A stretch of 63,185 nt of DNA, filler included, from Lenisia limosa (lineage: Eukaryota > Protista > Breviatea): assembly GCA_001655205.1 (NCBI GenBank). It is 16 parts of 16 records of this genome, joined end to end, with 100 filler letters (N's around TTAATTAATTAA, not from the genome) between each part and the next. Parts side by side here need not be neighbours in the genome. Positions count along the whole stretch, not along the records: positions 61,788 to 63,185 come from LPNZ01010236.1; 15 more parts are not named here. One strand, given 5' to 3'. Positions within the stretch are counted from its first letter, which is position 1, and every line of letters begins with the position of its first letter. Below, one piece after another: positions 61,788 to 63,185 of this stretch. The notes below the pieces were generated by a model. It saw only the letters and a program-made list of their open reading frames with translations. It was not told the origin of the DNA and made no database searches. The position numbers and the translations under genes were made by a program.

Positions 61788-62990
61788 TCCTCCGGACAGT
61801 ATCTCAGCGGTTCTTGCAGCACCTCCAGCAATCCAACTTGCCAATGTAGGCTTTTTGGACTTTGTGAATTATAGAAATAAGTTTGATTTATTTATTATTA
61901 TTATTATTTTTCGCAGCCTGCACCTCATCTTGCCCCTCTGGTCAGTATCTTACTGGCTCTTGTGGAGGCACCAGCAACAAATACTGCACTGGTATTTGGG
62001 CGATCATGTGGAGATGTTGGGGCTTCACTTCGGTTCGAAAAAAGGCTGAATTTCTCGATAATTCTCGAAAACTATCTAGTATATGTTACCAATCTTTTTG
62101 TGACCGGAGTGAATCCCTTGGAGATGTACTGTTGATAGTAGGGCTTCCCTACAGTCCAAAAAAGACCGTTTAAATATCGATATTAATCGAGGATTTATCG
62201 AGAATTCGGTCTTTTTTGGGACCGTAGGGAACCCCTAGATAGACTTGAGGAGTATTACACCAACTTTCCCAAATGCTTAGGATTCTGAGTATTTTGTTTC
62301 ATAATTTTTCCATTTACCCCCCCCCCCCCTNNNNNNNNNNNNNNNNNNNNNNNNNNNNNNNNNNNNNNNNNNNNNNNNNNNNNNNNNNNNNNNNNNNNNN
62401 NNNNNNNNNNNNNNNNNNNNNNNNNNNNNNNNNNNNNNNNNNNNNNNNNNNNNNGGGGTCTTCTTCTTCTTCTTCTTCTTTTATTTTCAAAAACGAAGGA
62501 TGCTTAAATAAGACAAGCCCAGAAATGTAACTTGAACTGAATTGCATCAATAATTTGAGGATGTAAAAACCTGAAAAAGGCACTGGGGAGTCCACAATTA
62601 CAACAACCAAAAGAAGCTCAGTTGTAAACTTTTTTTTTTGTTTCATAGATTTTCCATTGTTTAATCCCCCGCAGCTTGCACCTCATCTTGCCCCTCCGGA
62701 AAGTACCTGACCGGCACCTGCAGCACTTCCAGCAACANNNNNNNNNNTTTTATGGTATCCCAGTGTATTTATTTGCTTCCCAAGATTTTTTTAATCTCTA
62801 TTACCTTTGTTTTAATTAGAAATGTTCCTCTGCTCATCTTTCTACCCCGACCTTCACCCCATGATTTTGACCTTGTTTGTTCATACATTTTCAATTTCAC
62901 CAATTTCTCCCGCAGCCTGCACAACATCTTGCCCCTCTGGTCAGTATCTCAGCGGCACCTGCAGCGGCTCAACTAACCCGACATGCAGAG
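61788..62990 (+). CDS. Cys-rich protein built of tandem 75-nt TNFR-like repeat exons (internal fragment)
   Basis: Exons ending 61845, 61917-61991, 62675-(gap) and 62916-62990 encode (A)CT(S/T)SCPSG(Q/K)YL(S/T)G(S/T)C....N..C; the complete ones are 75 nt and phase 1-1. Confidence 0.8.
62018..62119. mobile_element. hAT-like MITE (family A) with 8-bp TSD GGAGATGT
   Basis: TSD at 62010-62017 and 62120-62127. Confidence 0.82.
62139..62237. mobile_element. Family A MITE with apparent 5-bp TSD GATAG
   Basis: GATAG at 62134-62138 and 62238-62242. Confidence 0.72.
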
Positions 62991-63034
62991 GTGGGGTAGC
63001 GTCTTTTTGGTATTATCTTTATAAATTGGCTGAT

Positions 63035-63185
63035 GTGATGGGATGCGGTTTTGCAGAAGATGCCTTCCTAGGCCTTGTTTTGTTTTTGTTTTCGCCCAGA
63101 GCCATCAGAGCTGATTCAGGGTTTTTTTTGTTTATTTCATAAATTTTCCATTTTTCATAAATTTCCTTCGTCTCACCCCCCCCCC
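63035..63185 (+). repeat. Family C intronic repeat, sense orientation
   Basis: GTGATGGGATGCGGTTTTGCAGAAG...GAGCTGATT...TTTCATAAATTTTCC...(C)n at the window end. Confidence 0.65.

Overview
Eukaryotic (protist-like, intron-rich) draft genome sequence. It is not contiguous: 15 artificial 100-bp spacers (44 N + TTAATTAATTAA + 44 N) join 16 separate contigs, so gene neighbourhoods are meaningful only within a contig. The species cannot be named from the sequence. Contigs 2-16 carry fragments of ordinary spliced host genes: a PH-domain protein, the transportin-1 C-terminus, a single-domain PDI, an F-box protein, a GT31 galactosyltransferase, a POLD3-like protein, two ankyrin-repeat proteins, Cys-rich surface proteins, a TTC39/IML2-like protein and twinfilin. 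Their introns hold several short repeat families: a ~100-bp hAT-like MITE with 8-bp TSDs, a TA-flanked Tc1/mariner-like MITE, and a strand-polarised ~100-150-bp repeat that often ends exactly at 3' splice sites. There is also a degenerate intron-containing KDZ/Zisupton-type transposase. The standout is contig 1 (1-10101), a GC-rich virus/plasmid-like two-gene unit. A D5/P4-type SF3 helicase gene (+) and an unrecognised ~1260-aa gene (-) diverge from a central region. In that region both genes have mirror-image, apparently non-coding multi-exon leaders built from a 163-167-bp exon+intron repeat, and the leader introns carry the 23-bp palindrome ACCTCCGCGGA(T/A)TCCGCGGAGGT (one copy degenerate). 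I recognise no primase, polymerase, integrase, capsid or packaging ATPase in it. All exon models and family assignments were made by eye and need HMM and RNA-seq confirmation.
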